A DNA stretch of 42,454 nt from Raillietiella orientalis. Taxonomy: Eukaryota. Numbering within the stretch: the stretch's first letter is position 1; every line of letters begins with the position of its first letter. Below are positions 10,763 to 23,700 of this stretch, in pieces. Below the pieces are notes generated by a model. The model searched no databases. It was given only the letters and a program-made list of their open reading frames with translations, and was not told the DNA's origin. The stretch covers positions 62,001 to 104,454 of the forward strand of contig JAYWIR010000121.1 in the NCBI GenBank assembly GCA_036172245.1, in the 5' to 3' direction. A program made the translations under genes and the position numbers.

Positions 10763-13700
10763 ACAAATTTGGATTGTATGATAAAACAGTGCGAAGGGAA
10801 ACATTCCCTTTTTTCATCCGACACTGGTTACCATGAAAACATCACGGAGTCCAGAGTGCCCCACCCTAATGAAAAGTCGGAATCATCTTAATGTTTCTCT
10901 GAACCAAGGAAATTGGAAGGTTGTGCTTCTCTCCATGACAAGAATTTGCCACTCACTGGAAATGGATGCTTCGCGAAGAGGCGCAAAACTGCCAAGGGGA
11001 AATCTGATGATTTCGCAATGATAACAAACCCTTAAAGCTGCATATTTGGACCACATGATGAATCAGAGCGAAGAGAAAGATTCTCTTTCTAATTGCGACA
11101 CTGGTCGCAATTAAAACCACGCAGAGTCCAAAGTGCCCCACTCTAATGAAACGTGGGACTTATCTGAATGTTCCTCTGAAACCAGCAAATTCGATGGATC
11201 TCCGGTTCTCCATGATACGAATCAGCCACTCACAGCAAATGGATGTTTCGGTAACAGACGCAAAAGTGCAATGGAGAAATCTGATGATTTCGTATTGATG
11301 GAAAATTCAAAAAGTTGCATATTTGGACCACATGATGAATCAGAGCGAAGGGAAACATTCTCTTTCTAACTATGACAGGGGTTACCATGAAAACCATTCA
11401 GCAGACAAATTGCCACGCTTTTATAAAATTTCGTACTCATCTCAATGTTCTTCTGAACCAAGGAATTTGGACAGCTGTGTGGGTCTCCATGAGGGGAATT
11501 TGCCACTCACTGCAAATGGATGCTTCGCGAAGAGTCGCAAAAGAGCAAAGAAGAAATCTGATGATTTGGTATTGATTACAAACCCTTGAATGTTGGAAAT
11601 TTGGAACACATGATAAAATCTCAGCGAAGGGAAGCATTGCCTTTCTTATTCCGACACTGCTTACCATGAAAACCACACAAAGGCCAAAGTGTCCTACCCT
11701 AATGAAACGTCGGAGTGATCTGAATGTTCCTCTGAAACCAAGAAATTTGAAGGATCTCCGGTTCTCCATGACGGGGATTAGCCACTCAGAGCAAATCGAT
11801 GCTTCGGTAACAGACGCAAAAGTGCAATCTAGAAATCTGATGATTTCGAATTGATTACAAACCCTTAAAGTTGCATATGTGAACCACATGATGAATCAGA
11901 GCGAACATAAACATTCACTTTCTCACTCCGACACTGGTTACCATGAAAACCACTCAGCAACCAAATTGCCACGCTTTTATGAAACGTCAGAGTCATCTGA
12001 ATGTTCTTCGAAACCAAGGAATTTTGACAGTTGTGCGGGTCTCCATGACGGGAATTTCCCACTCACTGTAAAGGGAGGCTTCGCGAAGAGGCGCAAAAGT
12101 GCAAAGGAGAAATAGGATGATTTCGTATTTTTTACAAACCCTTAAAGTTGCATATTTGGACCACATGATAAATCAGAACGAATGGAAAACTTCTCGTTCT
12201 AACTCCGAAACTGGTTACCATGAAAACCACACAGGGCCCTAATTGCCACGCCATTATGAAACGTCGAACACATCTGAATATTCTTCTGAACCGAGGAAAT
12301 TGGACAGTTGTGTTGGTTTCCATGACGGGAATTTGCCACTCACTGCAAATGGATGCTTCGCGAAGAGGCGCAAAAGTGCAATGGTGAAATCCTCTCATAT
12401 CGTATTGGTGATACACCCTTAATAGTTGCACATTTGGACAACATGATGAATCGGAGCGAAGGGAAGCATTGCCTTTCTTATTCCGACACTGCTTACCATG
12501 AAAACCACACAGAGGCCCAAGTGCCCTACCCTAATGAAACGTCGGAGTCATCTGAATGTTCCTCTGATACCAAGAAATTCGAAGGATCTCCGGTTCTCCA
12601 TGACGGGAATTAGCCACTCACAGAAAATATATGCTTCGTTAACAGACGCAAAAGTGCAATGGAGAAATCTGATGATTTCGTATTGTTTACAAACCCTTAA
12701 ATATTGCAGATTTTGACCACATGATCAATCAGAGCGAAGCGAAACTTTCTTTTTCTAACTCCGTCACTGGTTACCATGAAAACCACTCAGAGGCCAAATT
12801 GCCACGCCCTTATGATACGTCGGACTCATCTCAATGTTCTTCTGAACCAAGGAAATTGAACAGTTGTACGGGTCTCCATGAAGGGAATTAGCCACTCACT
12901 GCAAACAGATGCTTCATAAAGAGGCGGAAAAGTGCAAAGATGAAATCTGATGAATTCGCAATGATAAGAAAAATTCAAAATTGCAAATTTTGACTACTTC
13001 ATGAATCGGAACGAAGGGAAACATTCGCTTTTGTATTCCGACATTGGTTACCATGAGAACCACGCAGAGGCCAAAGTGCCCCACCCTAATGAAACGTGGG
13101 ACTCATCTCAATGTTCTTATGAACAAAGAAAATCGGAAGGTCGTGAAAGTCTCCAAGACGGTAATTTCTTACTCACAGGAAGCGGAAGCTTCGCGAAGAG
13201 GCGCAAAAGTGCAACGGTGAAATCTGCTGATATCGTATAAATTACAAACCCTTAAAAGTTCCATATTTGGACCACATGATGAATCAGAGCTAAGCGAAAC
13301 ATTCTATTTCTAACTCCGACACTGGTTAGCATGAAGACCACTCAGCGGCCAAATTGCCACAACCTTATGTAACGTCCGAATCTTACGAATGTTCTTCTGA
13401 ACCAAGGAAATTGCACAGTTGTGCGGGTCTTTATGACGGGAATTTTCCAGTCACTGCAAATGGATGCTTCAAGAAGAGGCAATAAACTGCAATGGAGAAA
13501 TCTGATGATTTCGTATTGATTACAAACCCTTAAGGTTGCATATTTGGACCACATGATAAATGAGAGCGAAGGGAAACATTCTCGTTCTAACTCCGACACT
13601 GGTTACCGTGAAACCAACTGTGCGGCCAAATTGCCACGCCCTTATGAAACGTCGGACTCATCTCAATGTTCTTCTGAACCAAGGAAATTGGACAGATGTG

Positions 13701-16700
13701 CGGATGTCCATGACAGCAATTTGCCACTCACTACAAATGGATGCTTCGCGAAGAGCCGCAAAAGTTCAAATGGCAAACCTTAAGATTTAGCGTTGTTTAC
13801 AAACCCTTAAAGTTGTATATTTGGACCACATGATGAATCAGAGCGAAGGGAAATATTCTTTTTCCTATTTCGACACTGGCTACCATGAATACCAAACAGA
13901 GGAAAAAGTGCCCTTCCCTAATGTAACGTCGGACTCATCTCAATGTTCTTCTAAACCAAGGAAATTGGACAGTTGTGCGGGTGTCCATGACGGGAATTTG
14001 CCACTCACTACAAATGGATGCTTCGCGAAGAGCCGCAAAAGTTCAAATGACAAATCTGAAGATTTCGCATTGATTAAAAACCCTTAAGATTGTATATTTG
14101 GACCACGTGATGAATCAGAGCGAAGGCAAGCATTCCCTTTCTTATACCGACACTGGTTACTAGGAAATCCCCACAGAGTCCAAAGTGATCCTCCCTAATG
14201 ATACGTCGGATTCATCTCAATGTTCTTCTGTACCAAAAACATTGGAAGGTTGTGCTTCTATCCATGACGGAAATCTGCTACTCATAGCACATGGATTCTC
14301 AGGGAAAAGACGCAAAAGTGCAATGGAGAAATCTGATAATTTCGTATTGATTCCAAACCCTTAAAAGTTGCATATTTGGACCACATGATGAATCTGAGCG
14401 AAGGGAAACATTCTCTTTCTAACTCCGACACTGGTTACCGTGAAACCCACTCAGCGGTCAAATTCCCACGCCCTTATGAAACGTCGGACTCATTTCAATG
14501 TTCTTCTGAACCAAAAAAATTGAACAGCTGTGCGGGTCTCCATGAAGGGAAATAGCCACTCACTGCAAATGGATGCTTCGCGAAGAGGCGCAAAAAAGCA
14601 AAGGAGAAATATGATGATTTCGAGTTTTTTAAAAACCCTTAAAGTTGCATATTTGGACCACATGATAAATCAGAGCGAATGGAAACCTTCTCGTTCTAAC
14701 TCCGACACTGGTTACCATGAATGACACAGACAGGCCAAAGTGCCCCTCCCTAATGAAACGTCGGATTCATCTCAATGTTCTTCTGAACCAAGGAAATTGA
14801 AAGGTTGTGCGGGTCTCCATGACGGGAATTTGCAACTCACAGCAAATGGATGCTTCGCGAAGAGGCGCAAAAGTGCAATGGTGAAATCTGCTGATATTGT
14901 ATTGATTACAAACCCGTATAAGTTGCATATTTGTACCACATGATGAATCAGAGCGAAGGGAAGCATTGCCTTTCTTATTCCGACCGTGGTTGCCATGAAA
15001 ACCACACAGAGTCCAAAGTGCACCGACCTAAGGAAACGTCGGACTAATCTCAACGTTCTTTTGAACCAAGGAAATTAGAAGGTTGTGAGGATCTCCATGA
15101 CAGAAATCTCTTACTCACAGGAAAGGGAAGTTTTCCGAAGAGGCCCAAAAGTGCAATGGTGAAATCTGCTGATATCGTATTGATTACAAACCCGAATAAG
15201 TTGCATATTTGGACCACATGATGAATAAGAGCGAAGCGAAACATTCTCTTCCTTCTTCGGACACTGGTTACCATGAAAACCACACAGAGGCCAATGTGCC
15301 CCACCCTAATGAAACCTCGGAGTCATCTCAATGTTCTTCTAAACCAAGGAAATTGGAAGGTTGTGCGGGTCTCCATGACGGGAATTTGCAACTCACAGCA
15401 AATGTATGCTTCGCGAAGAGGCGCAAAAGTGCAATGGTGAAATCAGCTGTCCACGAAGTGATTTCAAACCCCACAAAGTAGCATATTTGGACCATATAAT
15501 GAATCAGAGCGAAGGGAAACAATCTCTTCCTAACTCCGACACTAGTTAGCATGAAAACCACTCAGAGGTCAAGTTGTACCGCCCTTATGAAACGTCGGAC
15601 TCGTCTCAATGTTCTTCTGAACCAAGGAAATTGAACAGTTGTGCCGGTCTCCATGGAGGGAATTTGCCACTCACTGCAAATGGATGCTTTGCGAAGAAGC
15701 GCAAAAGCGGAATGGTGAAATCAGCTGTCTTCGAATTGATTACAAACCCCAGAGAGTAGCATATTTGGACCATAACATGAATCAGAGCGAAGGGAAACAA
15801 TCTCTTTGCAACTGCGACACTGGTTACCATGAAATCCACACAGAGGCCAAAGTGCCCTACCGTAATGAAACGTCGGACTCATCTCAATGTTCCTCTGAAA
15901 CCAAGAAATTCGCAGGATCTCCGGTTCTGCATGACATGAATAAGCCAATCACTGCAAATGGATGCTTCGGTCACAGACGCAAAAGTTCAAATGACAAATC
16001 TCAAGATTTCGCATTGATTACAAACCCTTAAAGTTGTATAGTTGGACCACATGATGAATCAGAGCGAAGAGAGATATTCTATTTCCTATTCCGTCACTGG
16101 TTACCATGAATACCAAACAGACGCCAAATTGCCCCTCCCTAATGAAACGTAGGACTCATCTCAATGTTCTTTTAAACCAAGGAAATTGGAAGGTTGTGCG
16201 GGTCTCCATGACGGGAATTTGCAACTCACAGCAAATGGATGCTTCGCGAAGAGGCGCAAAAGTGCAATGGAGAAATCTGATGATTTCGTATTGATTACAA
16301 ACCCGAATAAGTTGCATATTTGGACCACATGATGAATAAGAGCGAAGGGAAACATTCTCTTCCTTCTTCCGACACTGGTTACCATGAAAACCACACAGAG
16401 GCCAAAGTGCCCCACCCTAATGAAACGTCGGACTCATCTCAATGTTCTTCTAAACCGAAAAAAATGGAAGGTTGTGCGGGTCTCCATGACGGGAATTTGC
16501 AACTCACAGCAAATGGATGCTTCGCGAAGAGGCGCAAAAGTGCAAGTGATATCTGATGATTTCGTATTGATTACAAACCCGAATAAGTTGCATATTTGGA
16601 CCACATGATGAATAAGAGGGAAGGGAAACATTCGGTTTCTTAGTACGACACTGGTTACCATGAAAACCACACAGAGGCCAATGTGCCCCACCCTAATGAA

Positions 16701-17820
16701 ACGTCGGAGTCATCTCAATGTTCTTCTAAACCAAGGAAATTGGAAGGTTGTGCGGGTCTCCATGACGGGAATTTGCAACTCACAGCAAATGGATGCTTCG
16801 CGAAGAGACACAAAAGTGCAATGGAGAAATCTGATGATTTCGTATTGATTACAAACCCTCAAAGTTGCATATTTGGACCACATGATGAATCAGAGCGAAG
16901 GGAAACATTCTCTTCCTAATTCCGACACTGGTTACCGTGAAAACCACTTAGCGGCCAAATTGCCACGCCCTTATTAAACGTCGGAATAGTCTCAATCTTC
17001 TTCTGTACCTTTGGAATTGGATAGTTGTTCAGGTCTCCATGACAGGAATTTGCCTCTTACTGCAAATGGATGCTTTGTGAAAAGGCGCAAAAGTGCAAAG
17101 GAGAAATCACATGATTTTGTATTGATTACAAACCCTTAATGTTGCATATTTGGACCACATGATGAATCAGAGCGGAGGCAAACATTCTCTTTCTATCTCC
17201 GACACTGGTTACCATGAAAACTACTCTGCGGCCAAATTGCCACGCCCTAATGAAACGTCGGACTCTTATCAATGTTCTTCTAAACCCAGGAAACAGAAAG
17301 GTTGTGCGGGTGTCCATGGAGTGAATTTGCCACTTGCTGCAAATGGATGCTTCGTGAAGAGGCGCAAAAGTGCAATGGTGGAATCAGCTGTCCTCGAAGG
17401 CATTACTAATCCCACATAGTAGCATATTAGGACCACATGATGAATCAGAACGAAGGGAAACATTCTCTTTCTAATTCCGACACTGGTTACCGTGAAAACC
17501 ACTTAGCGGCCAAATTGTCACGCCCTTATTAAACGTCGAAATCGTGTCAATGTTCTTCTAAACCCAGGAAATAGGAAGGTTGTGCGGGTGTACATGAAAG
17601 GAATTTGCCACTCACTGCATATGGATGCTTCGTGAAGAGGCGCAAAAGCGCAATGGTGAAATCAGCTGTCTTCGATTTGATTAAAAACCCCAGAGAGTAG
17701 CATATTTGTACCATAACATGAATCAGAGCGAATGGAAACATTCGCTTTCTCACTCCGACACTGGTTACCGTGAAAACCACACAGAGGCCAAAGTGCCCCA
17801 CCCTAATGAAACTTCGAACT
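10763..17820. repeat. Outer divergent satellite layer (many 277-bp monomers, several subtypes)
   Basis: Diagnostic variants are ccacatgatg, gaaacgtcgg, gatgatttcgtattg and acaaacccttaaagttgcatattt (1 nt shorter than the inner form; e.g. starts 13544 and 13821 are 277 apart). Adjacent monomers differ at many positions. The right boundary is approximate. Confidence 0.85.
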
Positions 17821-20480
17821 CATCTCAATGAGCTTCTAAAGCAAGGAAATTGCAAGGTTGTGCGGGTCTCCTTAACGGTAAATTGCCACTGAATGCAAAT
17901 GAATGCTTCGTGAACATGCGCAAAAGTACAATGGTTAAATTTCCTGAGTTCGAAGTAATTACAACCCCCAAAAAGTTGGAAATTTGGAACATATAAGGAA
18001 TCAGAGGGAAGGCAAACAATCTCTTTCTATCGCACACACGGGTTAAAATGAAAATCATACAGAGGCTAAAATGCCCCACCCTAATAAAACCTCGAACACA
18101 TCTCAATCTGCTTCTGAACCAAGGAAATTGGAAGGTTGTGCGATTCTCCATAACGGGAAATTGCCACTCACTGCAAATGAAAGCTACTTGAACAAGCGCA
18201 GAAGTACAATGGTGAAATCTGCTTACTTTGAAGTGCTTTCAAACCCCAAAAAGTTGCTCGTTTGGAACACACAATGAATTAGAGCTAAGGGAAACAATCT
18301 CTTTCTAACTCTGACACTGGATACCATGAAAACCACACAGAGGACAAAGTGCCCCACCCTAATGAAACTTCGAACTCATCTCAATGAGCTTCTGAAGCTA
18401 GCAGATTGCAAGGATGTGCAGGTCTCCTTAACGGGAAGTTGCCACTCACTGCAAATGGAAGCTACTTGTACAGGCGCAAAAGTACAATGGTGAAATCTGC
18501 TTACTTTGATGTGCTTACAAGCCCCAAAAAGTTGTTCCTTTGGAACACATAATGATTCAGAGCTAAGGGAAACAATCTCTACCTATCTCGGACACTGGTT
18601 ACCATGAAAACCACACAAAGTCCAAAGTGCCCCACCCTAATGAAACGTCGGAGGCATCTCAATGTTAATTTGAACCAAGAAAATTGGAAGGTTGTGAAAG
18701 TCTCCATGAAGGAAATTTCTTACTCACAAAAAACGGAAGCTTCGCGAAGAGGCGCAAAAGTGCAAAGGAGAAAGCTGATGATTTCGTATTGATTACAAAC
18801 CCTTAATGTTGCATATTTGGAGCACATGATGGATCAGAGCGAAGGGAAGCAATCTCTTTCTAACTCCGACACTGGTTTCCATGAAAACCACACCGAGGTC
18901 AAAGTGCCCCACCCTAATGAAACTTCGGGTTTATCTGAAAGTTCTTCTCAACCCATGATATTGTGAAGTTGTGGGGGTCTGCATGAAAGGAATTTGCCAC
19001 TCACAGCAAATGGATGCTTCGTGAAGAGGCTTTAAAGCGCAATGGTGAAATCAGCTGTCTGGGAAGTGATTACAAACCCCAGAAAGTAGCATATTTGGAC
19101 CATGAAATGAATCAGAGCGAAGGGAAACAATTTCTTCCTCACTCCGATACTGGTTATTATGAAAACCACACAGAGGCAAAAGTGCCCCACCGTAACGAAA
19201 CTTCGAACTTATCTCAATGAGCTTCTGAAGCAAGGAAATTGCAAGGATGTGCAGGTCTTCTTAACGGGAAATTGCCACTCATTGCAATTGGATGCTTCGT
19301 GAAGAGGCGTAAAAGTGCAATGGTGAAATCTGCTGATTTCGAAGTGTTTACAAACCCCAAAAAGTTGCTCATTTGGAACACATAATGAATCAGAGCTAAG
19401 ATAACTAATCTCTTTCTAACTCCGACACTAGTTGCCATGAAAACCACACAGAGGCCAAAGTGCCCTACCCTAATGAAACTTCGAACTCATCTCAATGAGC
19501 TTCTAAAGCAAGGAAATTGCAAGGATGTGCGGGTCTCCTTAATGGGAAATTGGCACTCACTTCAAATGAATGCTTCGTGAACAAGCGCAAAAGTACAATG
19601 ATGAAATCTTTTGAGTTCGAAGTAATTACAACCCCCAAAAAGTTGGAAATTTGGACAATATAATGAATCAGAGCGAAGGCAAACAATCTCTTTCTAACTC
19701 CGACACTGGTTACCATGAAAAGCGCACAAAGGCCAAAGTGCCCCACCCTAAAGAAACATCGAACTCATCTCAATGAGCTTCTAAAGCAACGAAATTGCAA
19801 GTATGTGCTGGTTTCCTTAACGGGAAATTACTACTCACTGCAAATGAATGCTTCGTTAACGGGCGCAAAAGTACAATGGTGAAATCTCCTGAGTTCGAAG
19901 TGATTACAACGCCCAAAATGTTGGAAATTTGGACCATATAATGAATCAGAGCGGAGGCAAACAATCTCTTTCTATCTCCGACACTGGTTACCATGAAAAC
20001 CACAGAGAGGCCAAAGTGCCCCACCGTAATCAAACTTCGAACTCATCTCAATGAGCTTCTGAACCAAGGAAATTGGAAGGTTTTGCGATTCTCCATAACG
20101 GGAAATTGCCACTCACTTCAAATGGAAGCTACCTCAACAGGCGCAAAAGTACAATAGAGAAATCTGCTTACTTTGAAGTGCTTACAAACCTCAAAAAGTT
20201 CCTCATTTGGAACACATAATCAATTAGAGCTAAGGGAAACAATCTCTTACTAACTCGGACACTGGTTACCATCAAAACCACACAGAGGACAAAGTGCCCC
20301 ACCCTAATGAAACTTCGAACTCATCTCAATGTTCTTCTGAATCAAGGAAATTGGAAGTTTGTGCGGGTTTCCTTGAAGGGAATTTCCCACTCACTGCAAA
20401 TGGATGCTTCGTGAAGAGGCGTCAAAGTGCAATGGTGAAATCTGATGACTTCGAAGTGGTTACAACTCCCAAAAACTTTC
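17820..20480. repeat. Intermediate satellite layer with its own diagnostic variants
   Basis: The variants tcaatgagcttct, ggaaattgcaagg, cttaacgggaa and aaagtacaatg are concentrated here. Outer-type sequence interrupts the layer at ~18650-19090. Boundaries are approximate. Confidence 0.7.
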
Positions 20481-20760
20481 AAATTTAGACCATATAATGA
20501 ATCAGAGAAAGAGAAAAATTCTCTTTATAACTTCGACACTGGTTACTACGAAAACCAGACAGAAGCCAAAGTGCCCCACTCTAATGAAACTTCGAAATCC
20601 TCTCAATGTTCTTCTGAACCGAGAAAATTGGAAGGTGGTGCGGGTTTCCATGTCGGCAAATTGCCACTGACTGCAAATAGATGCTTGGTGAAGAGGCGCA
20701 AATGTGCAATGGTGAAATCTGCTGACTTCGAAGTGTTTACAAAACCCAAAAAGTTGCATA

Positions 20761-23700
20761 TTTCGAACACATAATGAATCGGAGCAAAGGGAAACATTCT
20801 CTTTCTACCTCCCACACTGGTTACCATGAAAACCACACAGAGGCCAAAGTGCCACACCCTAATGAAACCTCGACCTGATCTCAAGGTTCTAATGAACCAA
20901 GGAAATTGGAAGGTTGTGCGGGTGTCCATAAAGGGAATTTGCAGCTCATTGCAAATAGATGCTTCGTAAAGAGACGCAAAATTGCAATGGTGAAATCTGC
21001 TGACTTCAATGTGATTACAACCCCATAAAAGTTGCAAATTTGGACAATATAATGAATCAGAGCGAATGGAAACATTGTCTTTCTAACTCCGACACTGGTT
21101 ACCGTGAAAACTACACAGAGGCCTAAGTGCCACACCCTAATGAAACTTCGAACTCATCTCAATGTTCTTCGGAATAAAGGAAATGAGAAGTTTGTGCGGG
21201 TGTCCTTGAAGGGAATTTCCCACTCACTGCAAATGGATGCTTGGTGAAGAGGCGTCAAAGTGCAATGGTGAAATCTGATGAGTTCGATGTGGTTACAACC
21301 CCCAAGAACTTGGAAATTGAGACCATATAATGAATCAGAGCAAAGAGAAAAATTCTCTTTATAACTTCGACACCGGTTACTATGAAAACCAGACAGAAGC
21401 CAAAGTGCCCCACTCTAATGAAACTTCGAAATCCTCTCAATGTTCTTCTGAATCAAAAAAATTGGAAGGTGGTGCGGGTTTCCATGTCGGCAAATTGCCA
21501 CTCACTGCAAATAGATGCTTCGTGAAGTGGCGAAAAAGTGCAATGGTGAAATCTGCTGACTTCGAAGTGTTTACAAAACCCAAAAAGTTGCATATTTCGA
21601 ACACATAATGAATCGGAGCAAAGGGAAACATTCTCTTTCTACCTCCGACACTGGTTGTCATAAGAACCACACAGAGGCCAAAGTGCTCCACCCTGATGAA
21701 ACTTCGAACTAATCTCCATGTTCTCCTGAACCAAGGAAATCGAAAGCTTCTGCGGGTGTCCATGAATGGAATTTGCCACTCACACTAAATGGATGCTCCC
21801 GGATGAGACTCTAAACTGCAATGGTGAAATCTGCTTACTTCGATGTGATTACAACCCCCTAAAAGTTGCAAATTTGGACCATATAATGAATCAGAGCGTA
21901 AGGAAACATTCTCTTTCTAAATCCGACACTGGTTACTATGAAAACCTCACAGAGACCAAAGTGGCACACCCTATTGAAACTTCGAAGTCATCTCAATGTT
22001 CTTCTGAACCAAGGAAATTGGAAGGTTGTGCGGGTGTCCATAAAGGTAATTTGCAGCTCACTGCAAATAGATGCTTCGTGAAGAGGCGCAAAAGTGCAAT
22101 GGTGAAATCTGCTGACTTCGAAGTGATTACAACCCCATAAAAGTTGCAAATTTGGACCATATAATTAATCAGAGCCTAGGGAATCATTCTCTTCCTAACT
22201 CCGACACTGGTTACCATGAAAACCACACAGAGACCAAAGTGGCACACCCTAATCAAACTTCGAAGTCATCTCAATGTTCTTCTGAACCAAGGAAATTGGA
22301 AGGTTGTGCGGGTGTCCATGAACGTAATTTGCAGCTCACTGCAAATAGATACTTCGTGAAGAGGCGCAAAAGTGCAATGGTGAAATCTGCTGACTTCGAA
22401 GTGATTACAACCCCATAAAAGTTGCAAATTTGGACAATATAATGAATCAAAGCGAATGGAAACATTGTCTTTCTAACTCCGACACTGGTTACCGTGAAAA
22501 CTACACAGAGACCAAAGTGGCACACCCTAATGAAACTTCGAAGTCATCTCAATGTTCTTCTGAACCAAGGAAATTGGAAGGTTGTGCGGGTGTCCATGAA
22601 CGTAATTTGCAGCTCACTGCAAATAGGTACTTCGTGAAGAGGCGCAAAAGTGCAATGGTGAAATCTGCTGACTTCGAAGTGATTACAACCCCATAAAAGT
22701 TGCAAATTTGGACCATATAATGAATCAGAGCCTAGGGAATCATTCTCTTTCTAACTCCGACACTGGTTACCATGAAAACCACACAGAGACCAAAGTGGCA
22801 CACCCTAATGAAACTTCGAAGTCATCTCAATGTTCTTCTGAACCAAGGAAATTGGAAGGTTGTGCGGGTGTCCATAAACGTAATTTGCAGCTCACTGCAA
22901 ATAGATACTTCGTGAAGAGGCGCAAAAGTGCAATGGTGAAATCTGCTGACTTCGAAGTGATTACACCAATAAAAGTTGCAAATTTGGACCATATAATGAA
23001 TCAGAGCCTAGGGAAACATTCTTTTTCTAACTCCGACACTGGTTACCATGAAAACCACACAGAGACCAAAGTGGCACACCCTAATGAAACTTCGAAGTCA
23101 TCTCAATGTTCATCTGAACCAAGGAAATTGGAAGGTTGTGCGGGTGTCCATGAAGGTAATTTGCAGCTCACTGCAAATAGATACTTCGTGAAGAGGCGCA
23201 AAAGTGCAATGGTGAAATCTGCTGATTTCGAACTGATTACAACCCCCTAAAATTTGCAAATTTGGACCATATAATGGAACAGAACCTAGGGAAACATTCT
23301 TTTTCTAACTCCGACACTGGTTACCGTGAAAACTACACAGAGACCAAAGTGGCACACCCTAATGAAACTTCGACCTGATCTCAATGTTCTTCTGAACCAA
23401 GGAAATTGGAAGGTTGTGCGGGTGTCCTTGAAGGTAATTTGCAGCTCACTGCAAATAGATGCTTCGTGAAGAGGCGCAAAAGTGCAATGGTGAAATCTGC
23501 TGACTTCGAAGTGATTACAACCCCATAAAAGTTGCAAATTTGGACCATATAATTAATCAGAGCCTAGGGAATCATTCTCTTTCTAACTCCGACACTGGTT
23601 ACCATGAAAACCACACAGAGACCAAAGTGGCACACCCTAATGAAACTTCGAAGTCATCTCAATGTTCTTCTGAACCAAGGAAATTAAAAGGTTGTGCGGG

